Origin: an uncultured Chloroflexia bacterium
GTDB lineage: Bacteria; Chloroflexota; Anaerolineae; CG2-30-64-16
Length of the DNA: 64,000 bases
Assembly: GCA_963810095.1 (NCBI GenBank)
Contig: CAWEMM010000012.1
Location: 416,001 to 480,000 of the forward strand
Direction of reading: 5' to 3'
Shown here: in pieces, positions 50,739 to 60,034 of the stretch
Layout: every line of letters starts with the position of its first letter
How positions within the stretch are numbered: the stretch's first letter is position 1
Made by a program: the position numbers and the translations under genes
The notes under the pieces: generated by a model
Database searches by the model: none
What the model saw: only the letters and a program-made list of their open reading frames with translations
Told to the model about the DNA's origin: nothing

Positions 50739-51577
50739 TGTACGTCTCCCGTGCCGTTCGACGTCACCACCATCTCCTGGGCAGCCGCCTCGCTTGTTGC
50801 CCCCGGGACCGTGCGATAGCTCACGATTGCCAGTTTGCTCAGGGTGACCTCGCTGCCGTCCCCCTGGCGCACGGTAATGTTATACGGCCCGAATCCCGCC
50901 ACCGGCCCATCGACGCTCGTCCCATCAAAGAGCACGAAGTGGAGGGGTGTACCTGCATCACGCACCCGCGTGAGGTACTGCATCTCGTACTGGTCGACGG
51001 CCTCGGGCAGGTACGCCCGGTGGCGGTCCGGTGTCGGCGTCGCGCGTATCTCCGCCTGCAACTGCACCAGCACCTGGCTGGCCTGCAACCGGTCGAACTG
51101 GTCGAGCGGCTTCCCGATTTCCTGCTCCACCGACGACCGCTCCTTGCCCAACCGCTGCAGAAGGTCGTTGATATGGGCCAACTGGCTGGCGCGGGCGGGA
51201 GCGGGCGGCTTTGCTTCAGAGGCGGGCCTGGGCGGACGCCCGGTGCGCGGGCGGGGCTGGCCTGCGGGCGGCTGCGGCCCTCCTGGCGGCGGTGGTCCCG
51301 CGGGGGCCGGCGGGCGGCTCGACAGCGGCGGCGGAGATTCGTGTCGCGTGTCCTGTCGCTCCAACTGGTTCGCACCGGGCCGGGGGTCGCAGCGCAAGCG
51401 CAGCTCGGATTCTTCGACGTAGAGGGCCTTGGCGAGTCGAGCCAGGTGCCGGGGATCAATCGAACGGGTCCCCGCTTCGTACTCCATGATCAGGCCGATG
51501 GGTAAGCCAGCACGGCTGGCGAGGGTGGCAACGCTGAGGCGCTTCTGTTCGCGCAATGCCCACAGGTTTTCAGACAT
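50735..51577 (-). CDS. XRE-type HTH, Pro-rich linker, small helical domain and Hfq/Sm-like domain (gene A)
   Basis: SD AAGGAG. NLWALREQKRLS...LASRAGL...I.EYEAG.R HTH. C-terminal YLTRVRDAGTPLHFVLFDGTSVDGPVAGFGPYNI...LSKLAI aligns with Hfq. Confidence 0.8.
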   Translation of the reverse strand: MSENLWALREQKRLSVATLASRAGLPIGLIMEYEAGTRSIDPRHLARLAKALYVEESELRLRCDPRPGANQLERQDTRHESPPPLSSRPPAPAGPPPPGGPQPPAGQPRPRTGRPPRPASEAKPPAPARASQLAHINDLLQRLGKERSSVEQEIGKPLDQFDRLQASQVLVQLQAEIRATPTPDRHRAYLPEAVDQYEMQYLTRVRDAGTPLHFVLFDGTSVDGPVAGFGPYNITVRQGDGSEVTLSKLAIVSYRTVPGATSEAAAQEMVVTSNGTGDVQ

Positions 51578-51777
51578 AGGGGTCTCCTTTGCTGGAGCTC
51601 GCAAATGCTGAGCGCGAGCTCATGCTCTCCTTTAAACTAAGCCCAACAAAAACGCAGGACAGTAGCGCGTTATACCTTTGACGTAGCCCGGGGCCGCACC
51701 ACAAGGCACGAAGACAAGAGGGAGCAGGGGCTCAATCATGAGTGCGGTGACTTAGTTCGTGTCTAGGCGAGTGTTGA

Positions 51778-52397
51778 CTAACCCTGGCCATCGATCGGCG
51801 GCAGGGGCGGGAGGCGGTCGAGGCCTTCCAGGCCGAAGTACTGGAGGAATTGCAGGGTGGTGCCGTAGAGGAACGGCCGGCCCGGTTGTTCGAGCCGGCC
51901 CACAGGTTCGACGAGCGCACGGGCGAGCAGCGTTTTCAGCACGCCGTCACAATTGACGCCCCGGATCGCCTCGATGTCGCCGCGGGTCAGCGGCTGGCGG
52001 TAGGCGATGACGGCCAGCGTCTCCAGCGCGGCGGTGGAGAGCTTCGTACTGAGGTCCAGGCCAAGAAACTTCTCGATGTACGCGGCCGCCTCGGGCGCCG
52101 TCGTCACATGCACCCGGTCGGCCCGGCGAATGACGCGGAGCCCGCGGCGTTCGCCCGCGTATCGCCCCGCAAGCGTCTCGAGCGCGGCCTGGATCACATC
52201 CTCGCCTGCGTCAAGCACCTGCGCCAGCCGCGCGATCGGAATGGGCGCCGGTGCGACGAACAGCAGAGCTTCGATGAGCGCGGGCACATCCAGTGCGGGC
52301 ACGTCGGGCGCGGCACGTCGGGTGCCGTGACCGAGATCGCGAGGGGCGCCGAGGTTACTTCGGTGTCCGTCTCGCCGCCTTGCGTTTCGATCGTCAC
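51778..52397 (-). CDS. scpB: SMC-Scp condensin subunit ScpB (probable frameshift near 52311 in the N-terminal extension)
   Basis: IEALLFVA..P, LS.AALETLAVIAYRQP.TR.DIEAIRGVN and PGRP.LYGTT..FL.YFGL. The likely GTG start at 52397 overlaps the upstream stop but is out of frame by one base. Confidence 0.9.
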
Positions 52398-52955
52398 CCG
52401 GCGCCGTCCGTGTAAGGCGCGTGGTCGATGTGCACCTGGATCTTGCCAAGCTGCAAGCCCATGCGCTCCGTAATCACTTCTTTCGCGACGGAGACGATCT
52501 CGTCGGTCTTCATCGGCACGTCGATCTCGGGCCGGGTCTGCACTTCAAGCCGCACATTCACCTGCTTGCCCCCGCCCCACACGTACGGCTCGACGCTCAC
52601 AACATCGGCCAACTGGTCGATGTGCCATGCCAGGCGCCGCGGCGACAGAGTCGGTGGTTACGGAGGCCTGGCTGCCGGTCTCTGTCACCACCCGCACCGC
52701 GCGGGGCCGGCGTCGCTTGATCTGCTGCCAGAGCAGTGGGAGGACCACCAGGATCGCCACCACGGCGAGCCCCACCCGGCCCAACGCGTACAGCAGCGGC
52801 TGGTTCGCCTGCAGTGTCTGCACCCAGCCGGCGGCCCGCGCAAAGGCCGCGGAAATGGACTGCAAGGTTTGCGCCGGGAACAAGGCAAGCATCAGGCTCA
52901 GTGCAAGGAGCACGAGGAGCAGGATGATGACGACCAGCTTGTTGAAAACGTTCAT
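52394..52955 (-). CDS. amaP: AmaP-like membrane anchor protein (Asp23-associated family), split by a frameshift near 52640
   Basis: SD AGGAGG and two TM helices, then ...SVTTDSVA|RRLAWHIDQLADVVSVEP...VRLEV...P.IDVP....EI. The two ORF-track pieces join with a single-base indel. Confidence 0.65.
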
Positions 52956-52974
52956 GGTCCCCTCCTGGGCGAGA

Positions 52975-55862
52975 TTATAGCAGCTTCGCACGCAAGCGGA
53001 TAACCAGTGCCGCAAGCAGCGCCAGCGCAAGCGCGAACAGCGCACCGATACTGATGATGACGCCGATCCGCCAGCTCTGTGGCGCGTATTCGAACACGAC
53101 TTCGTGATCTCCCGGCTCGATGCGGACGGCCCGATACAGCAGGTTTGCCTTGAGGATTTCGGCGGGTTGACCGTCGACGGTCGCACGCCAGCCGGGGTAC
53201 CAGGCATCCGCGATCACGAGCAGGCCGGTCTCGGTGGCTTGCACCCGGTAGCTCTGCCGCTCGTCCCGGTAGTCCACCAAAGTCACACCCTCTCCCGCCT
53301 GGGCCTCGGCTGCCTGTGCCCGAGCCAGCGGGGCCTCCACGACTGCCTGCGCCCGGGGCCGGAATGCCGGGTCGCCGATCGCCGCCTGGGCCGCCTTTGC
53401 GTCCGCGACGGGCATTATCCCATGTACGAGCCAGGCCCGTTCCGGCGCGCCGGTCCGCTCGTACACCTTCACGTCGCCCGAATGGATGCGGCGGAAGTCG
53501 CCTTGTGGCGATAGTGTGACGGACTGGTGGGTGCGGGCGCCGTCGCGCTCGTCGATCAAGCTGATGCCCTGGATGACCAGAGGCCCGGCGGAAGGGTTGC
53601 GCAGCGTGATACGGGCGGGCGTTCCGGGCGCCTCCAACGGCAGGACGGCCGGCTGCGGTGCGCCACCGGGTGCGCCCACGGCAGCGGGCGGTAGGGCCAG
53701 CGGAACTTCGGCCCCGTCTTCCATCCGCACCACGATCGCCACCGGCTCCTTAGGGGGTGTCAGACGCCGCAACGACGCCAACTGCGCTTGCGGGGAAGGC
53801 CGGGTAGCCTGCCAGGTCGAGTTCGAGCACGCCGTTGGCCGGGATGGTCGTGTGCTGCTCCAGGTCATAGTAAACGTCACCCGCCCACAGGTCGCGCTGC
53901 TTGTCGGTGATCACATACCGCACGCCCGTCAGGTCCAGCAGCCGCGCATCCGGAATGGCCGAGAGTTGCTCCGCAAGCCGGCCGTCCGGCGTCATGTGCT
54001 CGGGCGGCAGGAAAAGCTCCTGGAGCATGACGTAGCGCTGCAGCGGCAGCAGCCCGCCGTCGTAGCCGTCGACCGCCGGGAGGCGGAGGAGGAGCGGCAG
54101 GTTCGGTGCGAGCACCTCGACCTGCTTCGCCGCACGCACCAGGCGCTCGACTGCGACGTCCGGCAGCCGGTCGCGCCTGCAGAGCGCGCAGCTCGGCCAG
54201 GTCGCCGGGATCGTATCGGATATTCGAAAGGCTCAGGAAGCGGCCGCGGCCGCCGGATGGCCCATTGCCCGCCGCGGCAAGCAGCGCCGCGGGCGCATTG
54301 CGCAGTGCCATCGCCATCGGCGCGGTCGCCGCCACAAACGGCAGCGCCCGGCTGGCAAAGAGGAGTTCGAGAAACAGGAGCAGCACCAGGAGGGTCTGGA
54401 ACACGAAACGACGTCCCCCGCTTCGCCGCTTCGCCCCTTCGCGCTGTGCGCCTTCATCCCCCTCTGTGCCTTCGCGTTCCACCTCGGTCCCGCCCGACGC
54501 CGCAAGGGTCAGCGCACCTGCCGCGGCCGCCACTCCCACCCAAGCCGCCACAGTCAGCGGGGCCGGCCAGTGCTGCCACGCCAGCAGTCCGAGCATCGCG
54601 AGCGTAACCACAACGAGAATGACGCGGCCGGCTGTCCTTTTCGGCGGACCCGGCCGGCGGATGCGGAGCGCTGCCAGCGAGTCAAGCCCCAGGGCCGCCA
54701 GCAGGGCGGCCCCGAGCGCAAACAACTCGAGCCAGCGGGCCGGCGCCCGGAAGAGATCAAAGCCGGGCACAAAGCGCCACAGCAGGTAGTAGGCCGGGTT
54801 GTACGCGCCCAGCGCCAGGAACGCACCGAGCGCGGACAGGGCGAGGCTGCGCAGGGCGGGCCCGGCCCCGGGTGTGCGTGCCCGCGCCGCCCCCACTGTT
54901 GCCACGACGCCCAGTGCGGCAAGCAGCAGCCCGGCGATGCCCGCGTAGCCGAGAAACTCGGCGTAGCCCTCGCTGCCAAACGCCGCGTCCAGCCCGCCGC
55001 CGAAGGGGGGCAGGAAGGTCTGCAGCAGGAGCTGGGGCCGGAGCGAGAAACTGACGGCCTGCCGGTAGTCCAGCCCGCCGGTGCGCAGCCCAAGCGTATT
55101 CAGCTCGAGCGTGGGGAGCAGCTGCGCGGCAGCCAACGCCAGTGCGGGAATAACGGCCAGCAGTGGAAGCAGCCTGAGAAGCCCCGCGCGACGCACCGGC
55201 CAGCCCACGGAGAACACGGCCCATACTCCCAGCCCCACCATGTTGATAAAGGTCGTCTGCGTGTGGCCGGCCAGCACCTGGAGGCAGATGACGACGGCCA
55301 GCGCGACGAATGGCCCTATCGCCCGCGCCGGCGTGCTCGGCGAAACCCGCCTTCTGTTGACCTCATCGTACAGCCACAACATTGCGGGCAGCCACGCCAG
55401 CGCGTTCAGTTGGTTGATGTTCTCGACGCGGGCCAGCGTAAAACCGCCGAGCCCGAAGACGAGCCCGGCCGCGAACCCTGCAAGCCAGCTCGCCCGCAGC
55501 GAGCGGGTGGCCAGCGTATAGGTGAAGCCGGCAGCCAGCCAAACGTGAAGCAGCGCCGACCACACGAGCGCCTGCTCGGCCCGCAGCCAGCTGAGGGGCC
55601 AGTGGAGGGGATAGAGCACGGCCGCCTGGATGTTGGCGAGGAACGGCGCGCCGGAGAAGAGGTATGGGTTCCACAGGGGGACCTGGCCCGCCCGGAACGC
55701 CTCCATGCGGTGCGCCCAGTATGGGGTGAAGTAGGTGAAAGCGTCGACCCCCGCCAGGATGCGGTTCGTCAGCCCGAGCGGCCAGCACACGACGAGCGTC
55801 GCGAGCCCCAGCCCCAGCCAGGCCGCAATATCGGGCAGGCGGCGCCGCAACCCCGCCTTCAC
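52975..55862 (-). CDS. YfhO-family GT-C membrane glycosyltransferase, two frameshifts (~54173 and ~53755)
   Basis: D...YF.P, PLWNPY.FSG.PFLA, FRAPARW, GYDGG.LPL.RY and DAWYPGWRATVDG...ANL.YRAV, spread over three frames. Confidence 0.8.
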
Positions 55863-57490
55863 GGATGCGCCTCGAGCAAGTCGCCCCTGCCTGCTGTAGC
55901 GCTCGAAGCCACGAGTGAAGGCTCCAGCCGGTAAAGCGTGATGTCCGGTTCGCCATTCTGCCCGGCCACCTCGTAGGCGGGCCATGCGCTGAAGCCACGG
56001 GCGGCCAGCGCAGCACTGAGGGCCGGGAGGCGTGAGCGCTCCCACTGCGGCAGCGCCAACCACTGCGACGGCGCCCCGGCTGTTCCTGCGACGCGCGCGG
56101 TCTCGCTCGCCAGCTTCTGCGGCGAGTCGTACCAACTGCGCACAATCGGGCGGCCGTACAGGTAGTACCCCAGGTGCCAGCCGATGCGATCGAAGTAGAC
56201 GGTCGCGCCCGGAGGCTGGCCGGCCAGAAAGCGGGCCGCCTGCGCCACCCCTCGATAGGCGCCGATGTCGCTCCCCACGGGAATCGCCGCCCGTACGCCC
56301 AAGGTGGCGGCAAACACCAGGACGGCGGCGAGGGCGGCGGCGGTGCTGCCGGCGACCCGGGCCCGCCCGCGGGGCGTCCTCGTCCGCTTCAGCGCCTCCC
56401 ACCCGGCCGCCAACCCCTGCCCGAGCAGGACGCAGACCAGCGGAAGAATCGGCAGCAGGTAACGATCCCACGGTTGGATGGTGAAGGCCACGTGGACCAG
56501 GAGATAGCCCGCGACATAGGCGAGGCACACAGCGGCAGGGCGGAGCCGTCCACGGCCGAGTAGTTCATTCGGGGATGGCCGCCCGCTCCTCCAAGCCAGG
56601 CAGCCGGCTGTCAGCAGCGCGAGGGTCAGGGGCCACGCCCCGAACCAGTAACCCGCCTGCCGCGCCCACTCGACCGCCCGCTCGGGCCAGTCGGCCAAGC
56701 GCGCCAGAACAACGCCCCCGTACGTCTGCAGGCTCTGGTCCCAGTAGCTCGGCCGGTTATGCCACCGCAGGCTGTCCCAATACGTAACCGCGCCGAAACA
56801 CGACCGCAAACCCCAAGGCTGCCAGTCCCACCGCGGCAAGGGTCCTTCGCGCTCTTCGCGCTTCACGCTTCGCGCCTTCGCGTTCCACCGCGCCTTCGCG
56901 TCCAAAACCCCCACGATCACCAGCGCCAGCACCAGCGGCACACCCATCACCCCCTGCTGTTTGCTGGCGCACGCGAGTCCGAGCAGCACGCCGGCCCAAC
57001 CAGGACGTCCTGCAAGCGCCGCCCACGCCGCAGCCACCAGGAAGAGGGTCAGCCACCCGTCGGTAAAGGCAGTCGGAGCGAAGAGGATCGCAAACGGCGA
57101 CAACGCCACTAGCGCGGCGGCAACCCAGGCGGTCCGCACGCCGGCCACCCGACGAGCGAGCCCAAACGTCGCCAGGACGGTGAGGACGCCGGCGGCCATG
57201 CCGGGGACGCGCAGGCTCAGCTCGGACACGCCAAACAGTTTGATCGTCGCGGCAAGCAGGTACAGGACGAGCGGCGGCTTATCGACCCAGGGAATCAGCA
57301 GCAGCGGGTCGGAGCCGTCTGCGATGGCCCGCGCCCAGGTGCCGTAGAGCGCCTCGTCGTGGTGGAGGGGCAGGTTAGCGAGCCACGGGATGGCGCGCAG
57401 AAGCAGCGCGATCGACAGGAGCGCGACAATGGCGAGTGTGCGCTTGAGGGCGCGCCCTACTCGGTCAACCGGTATTTCAGGAGCGTCCAC
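55859..57490 (-). CDS. GT-C glycosyltransferase (GT39/ArnT-like)
   Basis: H.DEALY, DKPPL..Y, FG.SE...R.P and ALSP......TA.TD; multi-TM. Probable compensating indels at ~56797 and ~56908. Start uncertain. Confidence 0.8.
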   Translation of the reverse strand: MDAPEIPVDRVGRALKRTLAIVALLSIALLLRAIPWLANLPLHHDEALYGTWARAIADGSDPLLLIPWVDKPPLVLYLLAATIKLFGVSELSLRVPGMAAGVLTVLATFGLARRVAGVRTAWVAAALVALSPFAILFAPTAFTDGWLTLFLVAAAWAALAGRPGWAGVLLGLACASKQQGVMGVPLVLALVIVGVLDAKARWNAKARSVKREEREGPLPRWDWQPWGLRSCFGAVTYWDSLRWHNRPSYWDQSLQTYGGVVLARLADWPERAVEWARQAGYWFGAWPLTLALLTAGCLAWRSGRPSPNELLGRGRLRPAAVCLAYVAGYLLVHVAFTIQPWDRYLLPILPLVCVLLGQGLAAGWEALKRTRTPRGRARVAGSTAAALAAVLVFAATLGVRAAIPVGSDIGAYRGVAQAARFLAGQPPGATVYFDRIGWHLGYYLYGRPIVRSWYDSPQKLASETARVAGTAGAPSQWLALPQWERSRLPALSAALAARGFSAWPAYEVAGQNGEPDITLYRLEPSLVASSATAGRGDLLEAHP

Positions 57491-58212
57491 ATCACCGTCA
57501 GCCCATCGCGCCAGCTGATCTTCTTGCCCTCGTTGTACTCGCGGCCGTTGTACGAGATGGGCACTTCGTAGATGCGATAGCCGCGCTTGAGGATCTTCGC
57601 GGTGATCTCGGGGTCGAAGCCCCAGCCGGGCGACTTAAGGCGCAGCTTGAGTGCGACTTCACGGGTGAAGACCTTGTAGCAGGTCTCCATGTCCGAGAGG
57701 ATCGTGTCGAAGAGGACGTTGGTAAACAGGGTCAACATCTTGTTGCCCAGCATGTGCGTAAAGAACATTGCCTTGCGCGCCCCGCCGAGGAAACGGCTGC
57801 CGTAGACCACCTTCGTGCGGCCTTCCAGGATCGGCAGTACGAGCTGGGGGTACTCACGCGGGTCATACTCGAGGTCGGCATCCTGAACGATCATGATCTC
57901 GCCGGTGGCCTTCTCAATGGCCGTGCGGACTGCTGCGCCTTTGCCCTGGTTGCGCTCGTGATAGTACACGAACACGCCGGGCAACTGCGCAAGCTCGGGT
58001 AGGATCTCGCGGGTGCCGTCGCGCGACCCGTCGTCGACGATCACGATTTCCTTCTCCATGACCATCGTGACGGTCTCGCCCTTCGGCGCCGCTTTGGGCT
58101 GGTACGGCCCGTTGCGCACGTGCAAGACCAGCTCAACCGCCAGCACCTGCTCGACAATGGGGCGGATGGTATCAATCTCGTTATAGCATGGAATGAGGAC
58201 GGACAACTTCAA
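57457..58212 (-). CDS. GT2 polyprenol-phosphate glycosyltransferase (DPM1-like)
   Basis: LSVLIPCYNE, VDDGS.DGT, N.GKGAA, QDADLEYDP, GSRF and DMETCYK. TTG start follows a GGAGGT SD. Confidence 0.92.
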   Translation of the reverse strand: MKLSVLIPCYNEIDTIRPIVEQVLAVELVLHVRNGPYQPKAAPKGETVTMVMEKEIVIVDDGSRDGTREILPELAQLPGVFVYYHERNQGKGAAVRTAIEKATGEIMIVQDADLEYDPREYPQLVLPILEGRTKVVYGSRFLGGARKAMFFTHMLGNKMLTLFTNVLFDTILSDMETCYKVFTREVALKLRLKSPGWGFDPEITAKILKRGYRIYEVPISYNGREYNEGKKISWRDGLTVMWTLLKYRLTE

Positions 58213-58255
58213 AGGAGCGACCTCCGGTATGATACACAATACGGGATGCCATTAT

Positions 58256-58300
58256 AACCACAAAGGCACAAAGACACGAAGATGGCGGCGCCTTGTGTTG
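58256..58300. repeat. Family A intergenic repeat in a divergent promoter region
   Basis: AACCACAAAGGCACAAAGACACGAAG...CTTGTGTT, abutting a minus-strand TATAAT at 58251-58256. Confidence 0.75.
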
Positions 58301-58375
58301 ACCGGGCCGTTAGGCTCAGATGGTAGTTTCTCCGCAGAAACCGGCTTTCTGTTATACTTCCCCCGGAGTGTGAAC

Positions 58376-59236
58376 ATGACCGCAGGTAGTGGGTCGAAAC
58401 GGGTTCTGCTCGCCGTCTTTGCCCATCCAGACGACGAGTCGTTCGGGCCGGGGGGCACCCTCGCAAAGTACTCGCGCGAGGGCGTCGACGTGTGGCTCGT
58501 GTGCGGCACCGACGGCAACGCCGGCACGGTGGACTCGGCGATGCTGGAAGGCTACAAGAGCACCTCGCAACTGCGGGCAGCCGAACTCTGCTGCGCCGCA
58601 CAGACGCTGGGGCTGGCCGGCATCGACTGGCTGGCCTACCGAGACAGCGGGATGCGCGGCGCGCCCGAGAACGACCATCCGGAAAGCCTGTTTCAGGCGC
58701 CCATGGATAAGCTGGTGGGGCAGATCGTGGCCTCGATCCGCAAGCACAAGCCGCAGGTCATCATGTGCGACAACCAGTACGGCGGTTACGGCCACCCCGA
58801 CCACATCAAGCTGCATCAGGCGACCACCCGAGCCTTCTCAGCAGCGGCCGACCCGGCGCAGTACCCCGAGGCGGGCGAGCCGCACCGGGCCCGGGCGCTC
58901 TATCACCCGGCCTTCGGGTTCAAGCTCTTCAAGGTGGGCGTACGGCTTGCGCCGCTGGTCGGCCGGGATCCCCACAAGTTCGGCAAAAACGGCGACATCG
59001 ACCTGACCGAGGTTGTGCAGTGGGAGACGCCCGTCCATGCGCGCATCGACGTGAGCAAATACTTGGACGTGAAGCTGGCTGCAGGGGCGTGCCACAAAAG
59101 CCAGGGCGGACCCATGGAGATGACGAAGCGCCTGCCGGGCTGGCTGGTGCGGCGCATGTTCGGCGCCGAGGGCTTCACACAGGCCATCCCTGAGCCGAAA
59201 CCCGGCAAGGTGACCAAAGACTTGTTTCCAGGATGA
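58376..59236 (+). CDS. PIG-L/LmbE-family deacetylase (MshB-like)
   Basis: AHPDDE, R.AEL..AA..LG, YRDSGM, GGYGHPDH and CHKSQ. Confidence 0.9.
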   Translation: MTAGSGSKRVLLAVFAHPDDESFGPGGTLAKYSREGVDVWLVCGTDGNAGTVDSAMLEGYKSTSQLRAAELCCAAQTLGLAGIDWLAYRDSGMRGAPENDHPESLFQAPMDKLVGQIVASIRKHKPQVIMCDNQYGGYGHPDHIKLHQATTRAFSAAADPAQYPEAGEPHRARALYHPAFGFKLFKVGVRLAPLVGRDPHKFGKNGDIDLTEVVQWETPVHARIDVSKYLDVKLAAGACHKSQGGPMEMTKRLPGWLVRRMFGAEGFTQAIPEPKPGKVTKDLFPG

Positions 59237-59240
59237 GGGC

Positions 59241-59879
59241 ATGGCACTAGAGGCAACACTGACTAATGAAGAGAGCGGGCTCCTGACGGGCCTCACTACC
59301 CCGCGCAAGGTCCAGGACTTCCTGGACACCGTCGCTTACGAGCCGGAATACTTCAACCGCTCGCCTTTGCGGGTGCTGCGTGAGCGCCGCGGGCACTGCC
59401 TCGACGGCGCGATCTTCGCCGCGGCTGCACTGCGACGCCTGGGCCACCGGCCCTTGATCCTGGACCTGACCCCCGAACCGCTGATGGACGACGACCATGT
59501 CCTCGCGGTGTACCGGAGGAACGACGGGTTCGGTGCGGTCGCCAAGTCCAATTTCAGCGGTCTGCGCTATCGCGAGCCGGTGTTCCGCACGCTCCGCGAG
59601 CTGGTCATGTCCTATTTCGAGGACTACTTCAACTCGTACGGCCGCAAGACACTCCGCGGCTACACCCGCCTGCTCGACCTCTCCCACTACGACGCTATGG
59701 ATTGGGAGACCAGCGATGCCGCGTGCGACCGCATCGAGAAGCGGCTGCAAGGCATGCATTCCATAGAACTGCTGACCCCCGCGATGATTCGCGAGCTCAC
59801 CCCTGTGGACGCCCGCCGGCTCGAAGCGGGCCTAAGCGGCGCCGACCCGGAGGGCCTGTTCAAGCCCGGCATCGCATAG
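59241..59879 (+). CDS. Hypothetical protein, possible transglutaminase/papain-like fold
   Basis: SP.RVL.ER.GHCLDGAIFAAAAL..LG.RP and DDDHVLAVY give a Cys...His spacing like transglutaminase-type enzymes. Confidence 0.65.
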   Translation: MALEATLTNEESGLLTGLTTPRKVQDFLDTVAYEPEYFNRSPLRVLRERRGHCLDGAIFAAAALRRLGHRPLILDLTPEPLMDDDHVLAVYRRNDGFGAVAKSNFSGLRYREPVFRTLRELVMSYFEDYFNSYGRKTLRGYTRLLDLSHYDAMDWETSDAACDRIEKRLQGMHSIELLTPAMIRELTPVDARRLEAGLSGADPEGLFKPGIA

Positions 59880-59893
59880 CCCGGGTGTCTGGC

Positions 59894-59982
59894 AACACGA
59901 AGGCGCGAAGTGTGCGAAAAGCACACGCCAGCGCGGTAGCCTCCGTGCTTCGCATCTTCAGCGCGCTTGGTCGCTTCGTGTT
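59894..59982. repeat. Family A intergenic repeat (GCGAAG variant)
   Basis: AACACGAAGGCGCGAAG...CGCTTCGTGTT. Confidence 0.7.
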
Positions 59983-60034
59983 CCAAACCGCCTCGCCCAG
60001 ATAATCGAACCGCACCCGACCGCACCCCCATGGC

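Noticed and set aside
50301-51577. Prophage repressor pair or toxin-antitoxin module
   Set aside because: No phage, integrase or toxin domains nearby. The genes are co-oriented among housekeeping genes and both carry Hfq-like C-termini.
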